Source: Squalus acanthias (lineage: Eukaryota). From it: a stretch of DNA of 64,000 bases. Below, piece after piece: positions 1 to 13,178 of the stretch. Each line of letters begins with the position of its first letter. Position 1 is the stretch's first letter. Made by a program: the position numbers and the translations under genes. The notes under the pieces were generated by a model. It ran no database searches and was not told the origin of the DNA. It saw nothing but the letters and a program-made list of their open reading frames with translations. Location: assembly GCA_030390025.1 (NCBI GenBank), contig CM059433.1, positions 23,562,001-23,626,000 on the forward strand. The letters are read 5' to 3'.

Positions 1-778
1 GCAACACTGTAAAGCTTTGCCTAATTAGGGTTTGATTACATGTAAATGTCAAATTCTTTGTGGGATCCTGCCACCGAATTTGTGACTGATGTTGCCTTCA
101 CCAGCACATCAGAAATTGAAAACTTAGTGCCAAATAATTAGGGGCAGTTTTCTGATGCCAGCCAATGGCCAACTGGGAACATCAGTCGCCGTCATCTTGG
201 TTAGATACAAACTCGGATTCCAGAGGTGAAAGGCCGTGTTTATTTGACTGTGCCACCCAATCCTCCCACATCTTTCATTTATATTGATTTTTTTATTTAG
301 CTATATCTTTTCCTCATCATACCGGAGGGAGAAAGCTAAAGCTTCTCAAGCTCTTACAGAATTTCCACACTCTTGAGTGTGCAGGGAAAACTCTATTCAT
401 CCCAATCGATCCCAGCTCTCACCAGTTCCAGTTTCTTTTTTGAACTTCTCCTCATCCTTATCAGCATATATTCATTTTCAACAGATTGACTTGAGAAGTC
501 AAACTAAAAATGAATGCTTTATTCTAAATTACTTCTGCATTTTGAAACAATGCAAATAAGTCCCCTTTCTCTTCTTTCTCTGTATTACTCCAATCGCCTG
601 TAGGATCTCATTGTGGCTTATTCACCAACAAATACACAATCATTTCTGCTTGTACAATGTAAATGCACTTGAGCAAATTTGAAGTAAAAGGAATCTGATA
701 TATTATTCAATGGTCATAAAGATTTTCATTCCTGAGATACTCGGCAGAATTCATTCAAACTTTCCTATGTAACAACTC

Positions 779-2408
779 TGTAAGGTTTCCAAAATTTGCA
801 GATACCCAAAAACCTAAGGAAAAAGGACTTTGGAACTACCTCAGAGTGATAAAAATGCATTTGGGCCTAACCTAAGGAATTTAAGACCAAAAACCAAGTT
901 TTGGCATTTTAAAAACATGCCTGGGCCTGTAAAGGGACAAGGAGGTGGGTACGACCTCTGTAAAAGCAGTTTGGCTATTGCAGTTAATTACACTGTCTGG
1001 GGAACCGGGATGACCCCACTCAAACCCCAGCAGACATTAACATTTGAACAATAGACCCTGGGAGAAGACAGTCCCGCCCAAAATAACAGGCCCCATCAAA
1101 ACCGATTACAGGGCCCATCAGAAACATGCATAATAAAACCCACTCGGACCCATTCTATAGAAAGACCGAGTCCAGCCTAGAAAACCAAACCCGAAATCAA
1201 TCACCAATGATCAACCAAGGAGATCGACAGGATGCAAGCCATCCCAAAAGCCATTTGACACTTACAGAGCAGTTACTGGTAACAGGCCCGCCAAAATAAG
1301 ACAATGAACTGAGCAGATTTGGCGGGTAGATAAGGCCATGTTCAATGGGTGAGATTGAAGGCCTGTTAAAAACCAGTTAACACGCTAGTAAGTCGTTACC
1401 GATTAACGAGCCCGTCAAAACCAGACAATGAATTGAGCAGATTTGGCGGGTAGATAAGGCCACTTCAATTCAGTATAATTGAAGGCCCGTTAAGCAGTTC
1501 AAGGCAGAAGAAGAAGAAGAAGAAAGGAAGAAGACAAGCCGAGCTGGAAGCGAGTCGGCATCGCTCACCACTCAGACACACCTGAGTCCAGCTCGTGAAG
1601 ACACCACCTCGACGGACCTCCAACAACGGTCCCAACACAGGCACCCGGAGCAACAAGCAGCAGCAAGTCACCGACGGCTCCACGAGGTCGACCGACACAC
1701 TAGACAAGGCCTAAAACCATCGCGGAAACCGAAGGCCTCAAGAAACCAACAACCTCATATCACCCCCAACTGACCGGGTAATAGCAGGCCACCGCGACCA
1801 ACAAAGACCAACTAAAGGGAAGAAAAACCCGAAGAACCGCAAAGTTTCCACTCTACAATCTACTTCTGACTTACCCCTGGGTAAGATTTTCCCAAAGACT
1901 CTAAACCCTAATGCTAACCAAAAGAAATTGAGTACTCACCAGATAAATCCAAAACGACATCCTACCGCATCAGCGGACTTGCGAAGACTGACCAGATACG
2001 CAGGTGAAGTCCTCTACCGCGTATGGGGTACGGCAGACACTAACCGCCATAAACAGCGAACCCCAAAACCGCGATTTAGCCCAACTGTCAAAGGACTGGT
2101 GAGCATTATCCCTGGTCCTTCAAAACCTAACTAAGCTAGAAAAGTAGGGTTGGGAGGGGTGAAGTATTGTTCTACTGTCATTTCCCCCGCTTGTACCGAA
2201 GTGTTCCCCACCTTTAGAGTGTTAAGAGTGTTATTATTTGTGTTTTACCTTTTAATAAGATTGAAGTTCTTTCATCAAACTCAGTTGTCTGCTGCACCTT
2301 TTTTCACAACCCCCAAATAAGTCCAAGGTCTAGAACCAAGGGTGTGGGAGCGATTCGAACCACTCAGAAGTCAGAGGCGAAAACTGACACAAACCACCAC
2401 CCCCTACA
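779..2408 (+). mobile_element. Solo LTR, distant relative of the provirus LTR family
   Basis: Starts TGTAAG, ends CTACA, flanked by ACTC/ACTC 4-bp TSD; 1630 bp; 3' part (TAAGTCCA...AGAACC...AAGGG...TCGAACCACTC) matches the U5 end of the provirus LTR; internal ~46-bp direct repeat at ~1293 and ~1417; TATAA at ~1474. Confidence 0.85.
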
Positions 2409-2706
2409 ACTCTTCAAATCAGAATAGGTGATCACCCAACTCATAGCTGCCAACTATTCTGTTTGTATTCCCAGTGAGGACTTTCATACTAATTTATAAA
2501 ACTAAATTGAATGTATGCTTAAACTCTTGTGAGTGTAGTTACTTACTGCTAAATAATCCGTTTTGAAGGTCGCTGCTGAGGAGCCGGAGAGGATTTTCAA
2601 ACAGCCTTAGGCAATTTGGGATGAGCTGTAAACAATCTGATGTATGTACAAGTAAGTTGCGGCAAAATGAGCAAAATGCAGGTAATTGCGAATGGAGGAG
2701 CATCAA

Positions 2707-4222
2707 GGGCTAGAAATTCATTATAGCCCAGGAATGGGTGGTATCATTAGAAAAGTTTGAGAGTTAGCGCCAGGAGCTAATGCTTTAGACTGCACGCAAA
2801 ATTCATTCTCACTGCTCAAAGAATGATTGTGGCACTAAATCAAGTCTTAAAAGCCTAGCTCAGTGGCGTTACACTCAAAGGGTGGACCAATATCGGGTGC
2901 AGTCTAATCGCAACTCATCATTGCCATAGGCTTTGCCCAGTACTTAAAGGGGAGGTTCATTGATACTGCAGCACCTCATTCTCAGCATTGCTGGCTGTGC
3001 AGCTGCCTCAGCAAGGAGAAGCACAACAAGGAGAAGGAGCCAGAGGACTGAAGCAAGTATGCTCATGGCAGATCCACCTCAGTCGGGTGGTCAGGGTGAT
3101 TGAATGCTTCAACAAATGCTACATACCACCATCTGTACCACAAGCTTCACACATTGCCCAAAGCACCACACCCCCAGTGCTCACACATCAAAAATCTCTA
3201 CCTACCCACACTCACACCCACATCTCTCACATTGCACACAATGACAGCTATTCAACTATGGCAGGCACAAGGGTCATTAGTTATTAGAATGAATGTGATA
3301 TGTGTGATACGTTTATGCATAAATTTATTAACGGAGTTTGCAATATTTTGTGGTCTCTCTCATTTCACCTTTGTGCCCAGGAGGACGCTGTGATATGGCG
3401 TGAAACAGGGATGGTATGATGGGCATGCGGTGAGCAAAAGGGACCTGGGGTTTAAGTCATCCTGGTGTGATGCTGGAGGTCTGTTTGGAGGAGGTGGCAG
3501 AGTTCTGTGACTACCACCTTGGTGATGCGGAGCCATCTAATACACTGCTCCTCACTTAATTGAAGGTAGGATAAGTGCTATCGGAAAACCCTCAGAGGGT
3601 AAGGCCTCCTGTTGAGAGCCCTGATGTCCCTCCTCATCCCTCTACACACATGTTCCCATATTTCTGGCTGCCTACGCTCCCTCCGCTGTAGATCCTGGAG
3701 GGTGAAGTGGCGCCAGTACAGCCCCCATTAATGTTGCCAAGTGTAGCAGTTTGAATCTTTGAACAATAAATGTAGCCACTTTGCACTTGCCAGAAGACTG
3801 CTGATAAAAAAGCTTGAAATTACTCATACAGACTGATCCAATGGGTGAAACTGACACAAAGCCACTGATACTAACCTGCCCTGACAGCTGCGAGTGATTA
3901 ATGCTGATTCCTTTAAATAACATCGCTGAAGCCGGCTTCCTGCAGCTGTGCGCCTGCTCTCCCTGGTCGAGGTGCAAAGGTAAGTGGCAACAATGAATTT
4001 TCCAGATCGGGCACCCAGTGAGCGTTGCACGCTCACTGATGTCACGATCTGCCTGGCGTTGAAGTCCCCAGCGGTACCTCGTACGGGTGGCAAAATGGGG
4101 GGGGGGGGGCAGATTTCCCGTGTGGCACTGGATTTGCCTCATCCCGGCGCCACTGCATCAGCGCCCCATTACCGCCCTCTGCAGGCGCTAATGGGAGGTG
4201 CTAACCTACCGAATTTCCCCCC
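2707..4222. mobile_element. Decayed Harbinger-type non-autonomous element(s)
   Basis: GGGCTAGAAATT-like start and GAATTTCCCCC-like end; the 4000-4220 part resembles the MITE at 51193-51965; boundaries approximate. Confidence 0.45.
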
Positions 4223-5034
4223 CCACCAAACAATTTAGAATGATATACAATTTTTACTAAATGATAGTGGATGGACTCATCAGTAATCCATGACAAAAGC
4301 ATTTTTTTTTTAATCCGTTCTGACGTTAGAACATTTGGGATCTTTCTGATAAACATGGCGTGAATAAATTATTTCTTAAGGGTTCATTAGTATGTGAAAT
4401 AAGGAGTCATTTATTATGACACAGTGGGACGGGTACTGGTGAAATCTCAATTTAATGAGGAGTCAGCAATATAATAGTGTGAAACACCATAAAAAAATCA
4501 TTATGGAAATGTATTAATAGCTATTGTATTAATATAGGTTTTAAATTTCAATTACAAACATTTTTTTCCAATTAAATAGGAAATTATATGCCTGTGATGC
4601 TTGACTATGTAAAGTTCATTGTCGTATTTTCACAATGATGCTTTGTACATTAAGTTTCCTTTTTCTCACGCATTGAATGGTATAATATCCCAATAATGTA
4701 GCTGTATGTTATAGAATCTTTGTTTAAAGCTTAGCCCCAACTGCCCTACCTGCATCTAATTGTTTATTTTCTCCTGATTTTATCCCCCTATATTCACAAT
4801 GTCCCATTGTCTGCCTCAAACACTTGCTGCCTCTCATCAGACTGATCCATTAGTGCCTCGGAAATCAAGATCTTTCTTATTATAAATTTCTGTCCTGGTT
4901 CCAACTGCTCTGACAATATTGAATCTGGGAGCCCTTTTATGATTCTCCCATATTAGTTCTTCTCAAATCTCTTACCAAAATACCCCTAATTTTACTTTAC
5001 ATGATGTTTCCATATTACTTTTGATTCAGTTTGT

Positions 5035-5064
5035 GTCAGCCATGGCTCAGTGGGTAGCACTCTC
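5035..5064 (+). mobile_element. 5' head (A-box) of a tRNA-derived DeuSINE split by the Tx1 insertion
   Basis: GTCAGCCATGGCTCAGTGGGTAGCACTCTC; the SINE resumes at 8554. Confidence 0.75.
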
Positions 5065-5209
5065 TAGGTGGGAGGGGCTCGGAGTGAGCAGGTGCTGCTG
5101 GGTGCTTGATTACTGCAGGGAGTTGGAGTGAGTTTTTTAAAAATTGGTGGTGGGTTTTTGGGAGCTTTTTCAGGTTTTAGGGCCTTTCTGGACCTTAAAT
5201 AACAGCTAG

Positions 5210-6859
5210 ATGGCTACTGAGGGGCCCGGAGTGCCGGGCCCCTCAGAGGACAATATTCCCAGGATGAATTTAATCAGGGGAGAAAATGTTGAGGGAAGGG
5301 AGAAAAAAAGGCCTAAAGATTTGGGCCGGGACCCCAGGAGGTTTGGAAAAGAAAACACGGTGGTGGTTCAGTGCGAGGATAAGGAGATACGAGCTTGGGA
5401 TATTATCCAGGCGGTACATGAGGACTGCGGCGAGGGAAGCTGCTTTGCCTGCCGACCAAAGTCGAATGTTGGGTTCGAGGTGACGGTCAGTGGCCAAGAG
5501 GAGGTGGAAAGACTTTTACTGAGTTTGAAGGTGGGAGATAAGTTCTTGGAGGTATCTCTGCTATATTCTGAAGAGGTGGTGGTCTCATTCTTAAAACTGC
5601 TGGTTTATATTGAGGATGAGGTGCTAATAAAACAGTTGGAGTTGTGGGACATTAAAGTTTGCTCGGCAATAAAGGGGAGATACTATCCAAGAACGCGGGT
5701 AGCAGATGGAACCCATTATGTAAAGGTGCGGTTGCCAGAGGGGGTGAAGTCATTGCCATATAGCATGAAATTCGAGACAATGGAAGGAGTGCAGTACTTC
5801 CTGGTACTGCATGATAACCAGGTGAAGGTTTGTTATTATTGTCTTGGACACGACCATCTTGTAAGAAGCTGTCCAGACTTGTACTGTTATAACTGCGGCG
5901 AGTCTGGACACATCACTTGGAGCTGCAAGGCGGAGAGCTGTGGGGTGTGTCACAAAGGCCCTACCCACTGTGAGGGTGAGGCAGAAGGAAGCCCCTTGAG
6001 TAACGAGGAGATGGGAGAAGGAGCAGGAGGTATGAGTGGAGCGGCTGGAGGAGCGGAGCAGGCGGAGGACACAGCTGGTGAATGGAAGGAGAAAAGAACG
6101 CAGGAAGAGGCAGAAAATTGCGGAGCAGAGAACAGGATGAAGATGTTGGAAAACACACCAAGTACAGTGGAAAAGGACAGAGACTGCAGCGGGCAGCATG
6201 GGTCGAGGGCAGAGTTGAGCCATATTACGGCTCGGCTCTCCCTACGGAATCTGGTGACGGTGGGGGGAGAGGAGGAGGGAGCGAGGTGCAGGGTAAGTGT
6301 AAGTACTCCAAAGAAAGACGGGGAGTTGGACATCTTTGGGAGCAGGAGGGGGCAAGACAAGGAGAGGGTGCAAGTGGCAGGAGCCTTAAAAGGGCAGCAG
6401 GACGAGAGCAGGGAGACAAAGACGCCAGAAGGGAACAAAATAAGTGCAGATGCGCCATTGTCCCAGAGAGAGAAGAAACAGGGAGCAAGGGTCAGCGATG
6501 GAGATCAGGCCGAAGGGAGTGACACTGTTGGAGAAACCGAGATAGCAGGAAGACTCTCTGAGGGAGATTATGTATCTGACGGGGAGCAGGGACGGGAGGT
6601 TACAGAAGAGCTCGAGAGTGAGGAGTCAGAGGGAGACAGAGACATGGAAGTGGGAGGTGAGGGGCAGAAGGAGGGAGAAGGGACAGCTCCTTGGCCCAAA
6701 CCTAATGTAAGGAAGAGGCTGAAACTGCAGGGAAGGTTCAAACAGGAGGTGAAAAAGAGCTGGAGGCTGCAGGAGAAAGCAACATTGCCTGAAAAATTGG
6801 GAAGGAGCATGAGAGGAGGGAAGGGCCGGAGAATAAATGATGGGAGAATTATAACATAA
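5210..6859 (+). CDS. Tx1-type ORF1 protein (zinc knuckles, acidic/basic low-complexity tail), 549 aa
   Basis: Knuckles CYYCLGHDHLVRSC and CYNCGESGHITWSC plus CGVCH; DGTHYVKVRL..SLPYS motif typical of Tx1 ORF1p/ZCCHC3-like proteins; the stop codon falls at the CR1 insertion junction. Confidence 0.8.
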   Translation: MATEGPGVPGPSEDNIPRMNLIRGENVEGREKKRPKDLGRDPRRFGKENTVVVQCEDKEIRAWDIIQAVHEDCGEGSCFACRPKSNVGFEVTVSGQEEVERLLLSLKVGDKFLEVSLLYSEEVVVSFLKLLVYIEDEVLIKQLELWDIKVCSAIKGRYYPRTRVADGTHYVKVRLPEGVKSLPYSMKFETMEGVQYFLVLHDNQVKVCYYCLGHDHLVRSCPDLYCYNCGESGHITWSCKAESCGVCHKGPTHCEGEAEGSPLSNEEMGEGAGGMSGAAGGAEQAEDTAGEWKEKRTQEEAENCGAENRMKMLENTPSTVEKDRDCSGQHGSRAELSHITARLSLRNLVTVGGEEEGARCRVSVSTPKKDGELDIFGSRRGQDKERVQVAGALKGQQDESRETKTPEGNKISADAPLSQREKKQGARVSDGDQAEGSDTVGETEIAGRLSEGDYVSDGEQGREVTEELESEESEGDRDMEVGGEGQKEGEGTAPWPKPNVRKRLKLQGRFKQEVKKSWRLQEKATLPEKLGRSMRGGKGRRINDGRIIT

Positions 6860-8340
6860 GAACATAAGACGTAGGAGCAGGAGTAGGTCATTTGGTCCCT
6901 CGCGCCTGCTCCGCCATTCAATATCATGGCTGATCTGATCTTGGCCTCAACTCCACTTCCCTGCCCGCTCCCCATAACCCTTGACTCCCTTATCGTTCAA
7001 AAATCTGTCTATCTCCACCTTAAGTATATTCAATGACGCAGCCTCCACAGCTCTCTGGGGACGAGAATTCCAAAGATTCACGACCCTCTGAGAGAAGAAA
7101 TTCCTCCTCATTTCCGATTTAAAAGGGTGTTCCCTTATTCTGAAATGATGCCCCCTAGTTCTAGATTCCCCCACGAGGGGAAACATCCCCTCTGCATCTA
7201 CCCTGTCAAGCCCCTTCAGAATCTTATATGTTTCAATAAGATCCCCTCTCATTCTTCTAAACTCCAATGAGTATAGGCCCAACCTGCTCTACCTTACTTC
7301 ATAAGATAACCCCTTCATCTCCAGAATCAACCTCGTGAACCTTCTCTGAACTGCCTCCAATGCAAGTATATCCTTCCTTAAATAAGGAGACCAAAACTGT
7401 ACGCAGTACTCCAAGTGTGGTACAGTTGTAATAGGACTTCCCTACTTTTATACTCCATTCCCTTTGCAATAAAGGCCAACACTCCATTTGCCTTCCTAAT
7501 TACTTGCTGTACCTGCATGCTAACTTTTTGTGATTCATGTACAAGGACCCCCAGATCCCTCTGTACCTCAGCATTTTGTAATCTCTCCCCATTTAAACAA
7601 TAATTTGCTTTTTTATTTTTCCTACCAAAGTGGATAACCTCGCATTTTCCCACATTAAACTCCATCTGCCAGATTTTTGCCCACTCACTTAGCCTATCTA
7701 TATCCCTTTGGAGATTCTTTGCGTCCTCCACACAATTTGCTTTCCCACCTATCTTTGTATCATCAGCAAATTTGGCTACATTACACTCAGTCCCTTCATC
7801 CAAGTCATTAATAGATTGTAAATAGTTGAGGCCCCAACACTGTTCCCTGCAGCACCCCACTAGGTACAGTTTGCCAACCTGAAAATGACCCATTTATCCC
7901 AACTCTCTGTTTTCTGTTAGTTAGCCAATCCTCTATCCATGCTAATATATTACCCCCAACCCCGTGAGCTCTTATCTTGTGTAGTAACCTTTTCTGTGGC
8001 ACCTTATCGAATGCCTTCTGGAAATCCAAATACATGACATCTACTGGTTCCCCTTTATCCACCCTGCTCATTACATCCTCAAAGAACGCCAGCAAATTTG
8101 TCAAACATGATTTCCCTTTCATAAAACCATGCTGACTCTGCTTGACTATATTATGATTTTCTAAATGTCCTGCTATCACTTCCTTAATGATGGACTCCAG
8201 CATTTTCCCAATGACAGATGTTAGGCTAACTGGTCGATAGTTGCCTGCTTTCTGTCTCCCTCCTTTCTTAAATAGGGGCGTTACATTTGCGGTTTTCCAG
8301 TCCGCTGGGACCTCTCCAGAATCCAGGGAATTTTGGTACA
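6853..8340 (-). mobile_element. CR1/HER1-type LINE, 5'-truncated RT fragment
   Basis: NYRPVSLTS, YLDFQKAFDKVP, KFADDTK motifs with frameshifts; (CTTATGTT)n tail. Confidence 0.95.
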
Positions 8341-8553
8341 CTTCCCTTATTCGGAGCCATGATTACTGATCAATTTTTAAAGTACAATAGATTAGTATAT
8401 GTTATGGGAGACAAATGAAACTTCAGGTTTTGATGTTACTATATGGTGGAGGAATGGCTGTGCAGAGCGGCGGAATGGATTTGTATGATACAATGGAATG
8501 ATCACGATGTTGTAAATGTTTTTAATGTTCAATAAATAATATGTAAAAAAATA

Positions 8554-8982
8554 AGTGGGTAGCACCCTTGCCTCTGAGTAAAAAGGTTGTGGGTTCAAGT
8601 CCCACTCCTGAGACTTGAGCACAAAAATCTAGGCTGACACTCCAGTGCAGTGTTGAGGGAGTGCTGCACTGTTGGAGGTGCCGTCTTTCTGCCGAGGCCC
8701 TGTCTGCCCTCTCAGGTGGACGTAAAAGACCCTACGGTACTATTTTACAAAAGAGCATGGGCGTTATCCCCAGTGTCCTAGCCAATATTTTTCCCTCATC
8801 ACTAAAACAGATTATCTGGTCATTATCACATTGCTGTTTGTGGGAGCTTGCTGTGCACACATTTGCTGCTGCATTTCCTACATTACAACAGTGACTACAC
8901 TTCAAAAAACTTCATTAGATGTAAAGCGTTTTGGAACATCCAGTGGTCATGAAAGGCGCTATATAAATGCAAGTTTTTCTTT
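8554..8982 (+). mobile_element. SacSINE1-like DeuSINE (body and L2-type tail)
   Basis: B-box GGTTCAAGTCCC, Deu core (GGAGGTGCCGTCTTT...GGTGGACGTAAAAGA), tail GAAAGGCGCTATATAAATGCAAG. Confidence 0.85.
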
Positions 8983-9134
8983 TTTTCACTTAATCTTGCC
9001 TCAGGTGTTGCCTCACTTGCATCTACGTTTGTCATTGTTGCAGTTCTGTTATACTTAGGGTGACATTCAACTCTTTCTCTTTTTTTCTTTATTTGTATTT
9101 TTGCCATCATATGTTGCATGTTAAAGTGGCTGTT

Positions 9135-9350
9135 CTGGCGCTGAGTCAGATGGGTGTGGGTTCTAAATCCCACTCCAAAGATGTAAGCACAAAAAATATC
9201 GAGACCAAGAGAGTTCTGCACTGTCAGAGGTGCCGTCTTTCAGATGAGATGTTAAAACCGAGGCCCCGTCTTGTCTCTCAGGTGGATGTAAATGATCCCA
9301 TGGGACTTTTTTGAAGACAGCAGGGGCGTTTCCAGTATTGGTGCTGTCCC
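9135..9350 (+). mobile_element. Partial DeuSINE
   Basis: Deu core GAGGTGCCGTCTTTCAGATGAGATGTTAAAACCGAGGCCCC. Confidence 0.7.
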
Positions 9351-9896
9351 TCTGTCACATGATCGTAAGACATACATCCGCCTTTTAGAAGGGTTCGCTG
9401 GGCATCTCTGCCTTCCACTGTGATGCACAGATTTCATTTCTGGAGATGCTTGTTGCAAGTTATGACCATGGTCATCTTCTGTGGTCTTTTCTTCCTAGCT
9501 TTGGCTAACCTTTCATGTACTATAATTCTTTGTATAGTTATACAGTAACTTGCTCTCTGTACTCCATTGTGATATACATTATAATCTCTGATTAAACACT
9601 TACCTTTCTTAAATGTCTTACTTTCACACTGAAACTCTTTCTCAACTTTGGAAGACCAGCTTCAAATGCTCTTTACAACTTCCATCAATCTTCTAACTCT
9701 TCCTAAGAACGTTACTTCAAGTCTTTTGATTTTGATGGGTAAAGTATGGCCTTAAATACCTTAAATTTCACCAAGGAAACCCTCTTTTAGAGGATACGAC
9801 CATTAGTGACATCACATGACTATCATTCAACTGGACAGACACATATTTAAAAACTATAATTGACAGATTTTAATTAGTTTGCTACAATCTAGACTT

Positions 9897-10225
9897 CTCA
9901 TCCTTGTTTTCAAATCCCCCCATGGCCTCACCCTCCCTATCTCTGTAATCTCCTCCAGTCCTACAACCTCCCCGAGATCTCTGCACTCCTTCAATTCTGG
10001 CCTCTTGCACATCCCTGATTTTAATCGCTCCACCATAAGCACTGGAATTCCCTTCCCAAACTTCTCCACCTCTCTACCTTGCTCTCCTCCTTTAAGATGC
10101 TCCTTAAAACCTACCTCTTTATCCAAGCTTTTGGTCGTCTGTCCATCTCCTTTTGTGGCTCGTTGTCAAATTTTGTTTGATTACGCTCCTGTGAAGCACC
10201 TTGGGACGTTTTACTATGTTAAACG
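9897..10225 (+). mobile_element. L2 LINE 3' fragment
   Basis: LILVFKSPHGL-type ORF2 C-terminus and L2 tail TGTGAAGCACCTTGGGACGTTTTACTATGTT. Confidence 0.7.
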
Positions 10226-11899
10226 CACTACAAGTCTCTAATATCTAAATCATAAAAAGAAAGACAAGTTTATGATATCAATGGTTGTTGAAGGTTCTTC
10301 CTAGGTTGATGACCATATTTAACCAATGATCATAGCACACTAATCAGTCTGTTGCTCTGCAGTTTTCATCAGGCCCAGTTCAGTTGGGCACCGGAGTTTT
10401 ATCTGGAAACATTTGCTGATATTAAGACATGTAACTCCTTTGGCTGTGTTTGAAGCAATCCCAGAGTGAAGTCTTTTTTAATCTTATCACAGAATGCCTG
10501 CAATCTGTCCAAAATGTCTACTTCTTCCTACACTCCTTTGCATTGTTCCAAACCAGGAGGCAATTTGGGATAATTTTGAAACATAAACTGCATTTTATGC
10601 TCTTATCAAAGGAGGCAATTTCTTCAGCATTTTGATGGTTTGCTGGAGCAATAATTTATTTAGGTGTATGGTGTCTCAGTGAATCTATGATAGGCTGATT
10701 GTTTCAAATATTCAACTTGTAGTTTAGTCCTTCAATTGACTCAAACATCTTTTCATTTCTTGCTCTGACACGTGCGCATTATTTCTTAAGTACAAAATTA
10801 ATATGGTCAATAATAACTGTTTGCTTTTAGTGGTTTTAAATACTGGGATACTGGGATAATCAAAGCCTTTTCCTGGTGTTAAGTGCTAACTCTAATATGC
10901 ACATTTCTTTGAAGCATTTATGTATATCGCTGATACAGCATGAATTTATTTTGTGGGGGAAGTGGTAATATGTTGTCAGATCCAATATGTTGAAAATGTT
11001 ATATTGTAAAAGTAAATTCTACACAGTCACAAGAGAACATCAAATGCAATTTATATTTCAAAATTATCCCAAATTACCTTCCATACAGTAACAAGACTAA
11101 TATGCCAATCAGAACTAAAACTGATGTAGGTAGAAAGCACTAATGGACTACTCACCCTTATTAACACTGCTCTGAGGATTCCTATCCGTCCAAAAATAGG
11201 TTAACACACATTAGCGATGAATTAAGAAAAAAACAGACACTTGCTCGTTAAAGTCATGAATGATACATTTATGCAGAAAGACACAGCTGTAACATTTCAT
11301 TGAAAAGTGACTATTTTATTCCACGTGATATGAACTGGTGAACTTACTGAAAAGGAAGATTCCAACGTTTCACAGCAGTGGCTGAAGTGACTAATACAGC
11401 GGGATTTTCTGCTTGGAAAATATGTAGTGGGCATTAGTGGGCACACCACAGTGAAGGATGAAGGAGAAGAGGGAGATCTGCATTGGAAACACCTATAAAC
11501 CACAAATAGACTACTCATCCTTATTAAAACTGCTCTGAGGATTCCTATCCCTCCAAAGATGGATTAACATACATTCTGATGAATTATGACTTTATACCAC
11601 TGGAGTCTTCCAGGAGTCCATAAGGGACATTGGGGTCAGTTGATTTGCTATACATTGCTTAATTGAAGAGCTAACTGAAGCCCGAGTGTACCCACCCTGA
11701 TGCATACACTTCAGCAGTGACCAGCATCACCAGAAGCAGCAAATGTTTTCCAGGTGCTTGTTTCTCTAAAGTAAAGATAATTGACGGTGATAATGGAGCT
11801 ATTCTTACACTCACCATCCAATATTATGCCATATATAAATAGGAAGGGCTGTTCTTCCATCAGTGTGCAAATAATATGTGACCCCTCCAAGAAAATAAT

Positions 11900-12245
11900 G
11901 CAGCTTAATGCTCCATTCATGGAGAGGGGGTACACGTGATGCTTTAGTCCTGAGGCAATCAAGTGTGCTGTGGCTATTTGAAGGAGAAGGTAAGATGAAT
12001 GACCAGGTCCTCAGAAATATGGGCTCTGTGATGTAACTGTGAAGGATTACATCTCTGCATGATCCCTGCAGTCGAGCACAGAACACACAAAATGAAGTGC
12101 AAGGGTGCATAAGTGCACTGATTGAACAGACAGTTGAGGTGTTGAAGCAGAAATTTTAGATACCTGAACTAGTTAAGGGAGCCTGGTGAGAAGGTCTGGA
12201 GAATTATAGCAGTATTGCGTATGTTGCACAATATTGGCACGGATG
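11900..12245 (+). pseudogene. Highly decayed Harbinger transposase C-terminal fragment
   Basis: NEVQGCISALIEQTVEVLKQKF and MLHNI resemble the YNESH...IE.T.G.LKQRF...LHN part of the transposase at 54330-54530. Confidence 0.5.
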
Positions 12246-12254
12246 GCTAGGTGG

Positions 12255-13178
12255 TTACAAAGTTAGGTGGGAAAGAAAGTTGTGAGGAGGATGCAAAGAG
12301 GCTGCAAAGGGATGTAGACTGGTTAAGTGAGTGGGCAAGAACATGGCAGATGGAATATAACGTGGAAAAATGTGAAGTTATCCACTTTGGTAGGAAAAAT
12401 AGAAAAGCAGAATATTTTTTAAATGGTGAGAGATTGGGAAATGTTGGTGCTCAGAGGGACCTGGGTGTCCTTGTACATGAATCACTGAAAGTTAACACGT
12501 AGGTACAGCATGCATTTAAAAAAGCAAATGGTATGTTAGCCTTTATTACAAAAGGATTGGAGCATAAGAGTAAAGAAGTCTTACTGCAATTATATAGGGC
12601 CTTGGTGAGACCACATCTGGAGTATTGTGTACAGTTTTGATTTCCTTACCTAAGGAAGGATATACTTGCCTTAGAGGGAGTGCAACAAAGGTTCACCAGA
12701 CTGATTCCTGGGATTGGGGAATGTCCTCTGAGGAGAGATTGAGGAGACTAGGCATATATTCCCTAGAATTTAGAAGACTGAGAGGTGATCTCATTGAAAC
12801 CTATAAAATTATTACAGGGCTTGACAGGGTAGACAGGAGGATGTTTCCCCTGGCTGGGAGTCTAGCACTAGGTGTCACAGTCTCAGAATAAGTGGTCGGC
12901 CATTTAGGACTAAGATGAGGAGAAATTTCTTCACTCAAAGAGTTGTGAATCTTTGGACTTCTCTACCCCAGAGGGCTGTGGCTGCTGAGTCATTGAGTAT
13001 ATTCAAGATAGAGATCGATAGATTTTTGGATATTAAGGGAATCAAGGCATATGGGGATAGTGCGGGAAGATGGAGTTGAGGTAGAAGAGCTGCCATGATC
13101 TTATTGAATGGCGGAGCAGGCTTGAAGGGCCAAATGGCCTACTCCTGCTCCTATTTCTTATGTTCTTACATTCTTATG
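12255..13178 (+). mobile_element. CR1/HER1-type LINE 3' fragment
   Basis: [33 protein letters not shown] tail. Confidence 0.95.

Larger units (their letters stand above)
5065..8553 (+). mobile_element. Tx1-clade (L1 group) non-LTR retrotransposon, ORF2 largely lost
   Basis: Bounded by ~15-bp TSD AGTGGGTAGCAC(T/C)CT at 5049-5063 and 8554-8568; Tx1-type ORF1; AATAAA and A-rich 3' end at 8531-8553. Confidence 0.8.
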
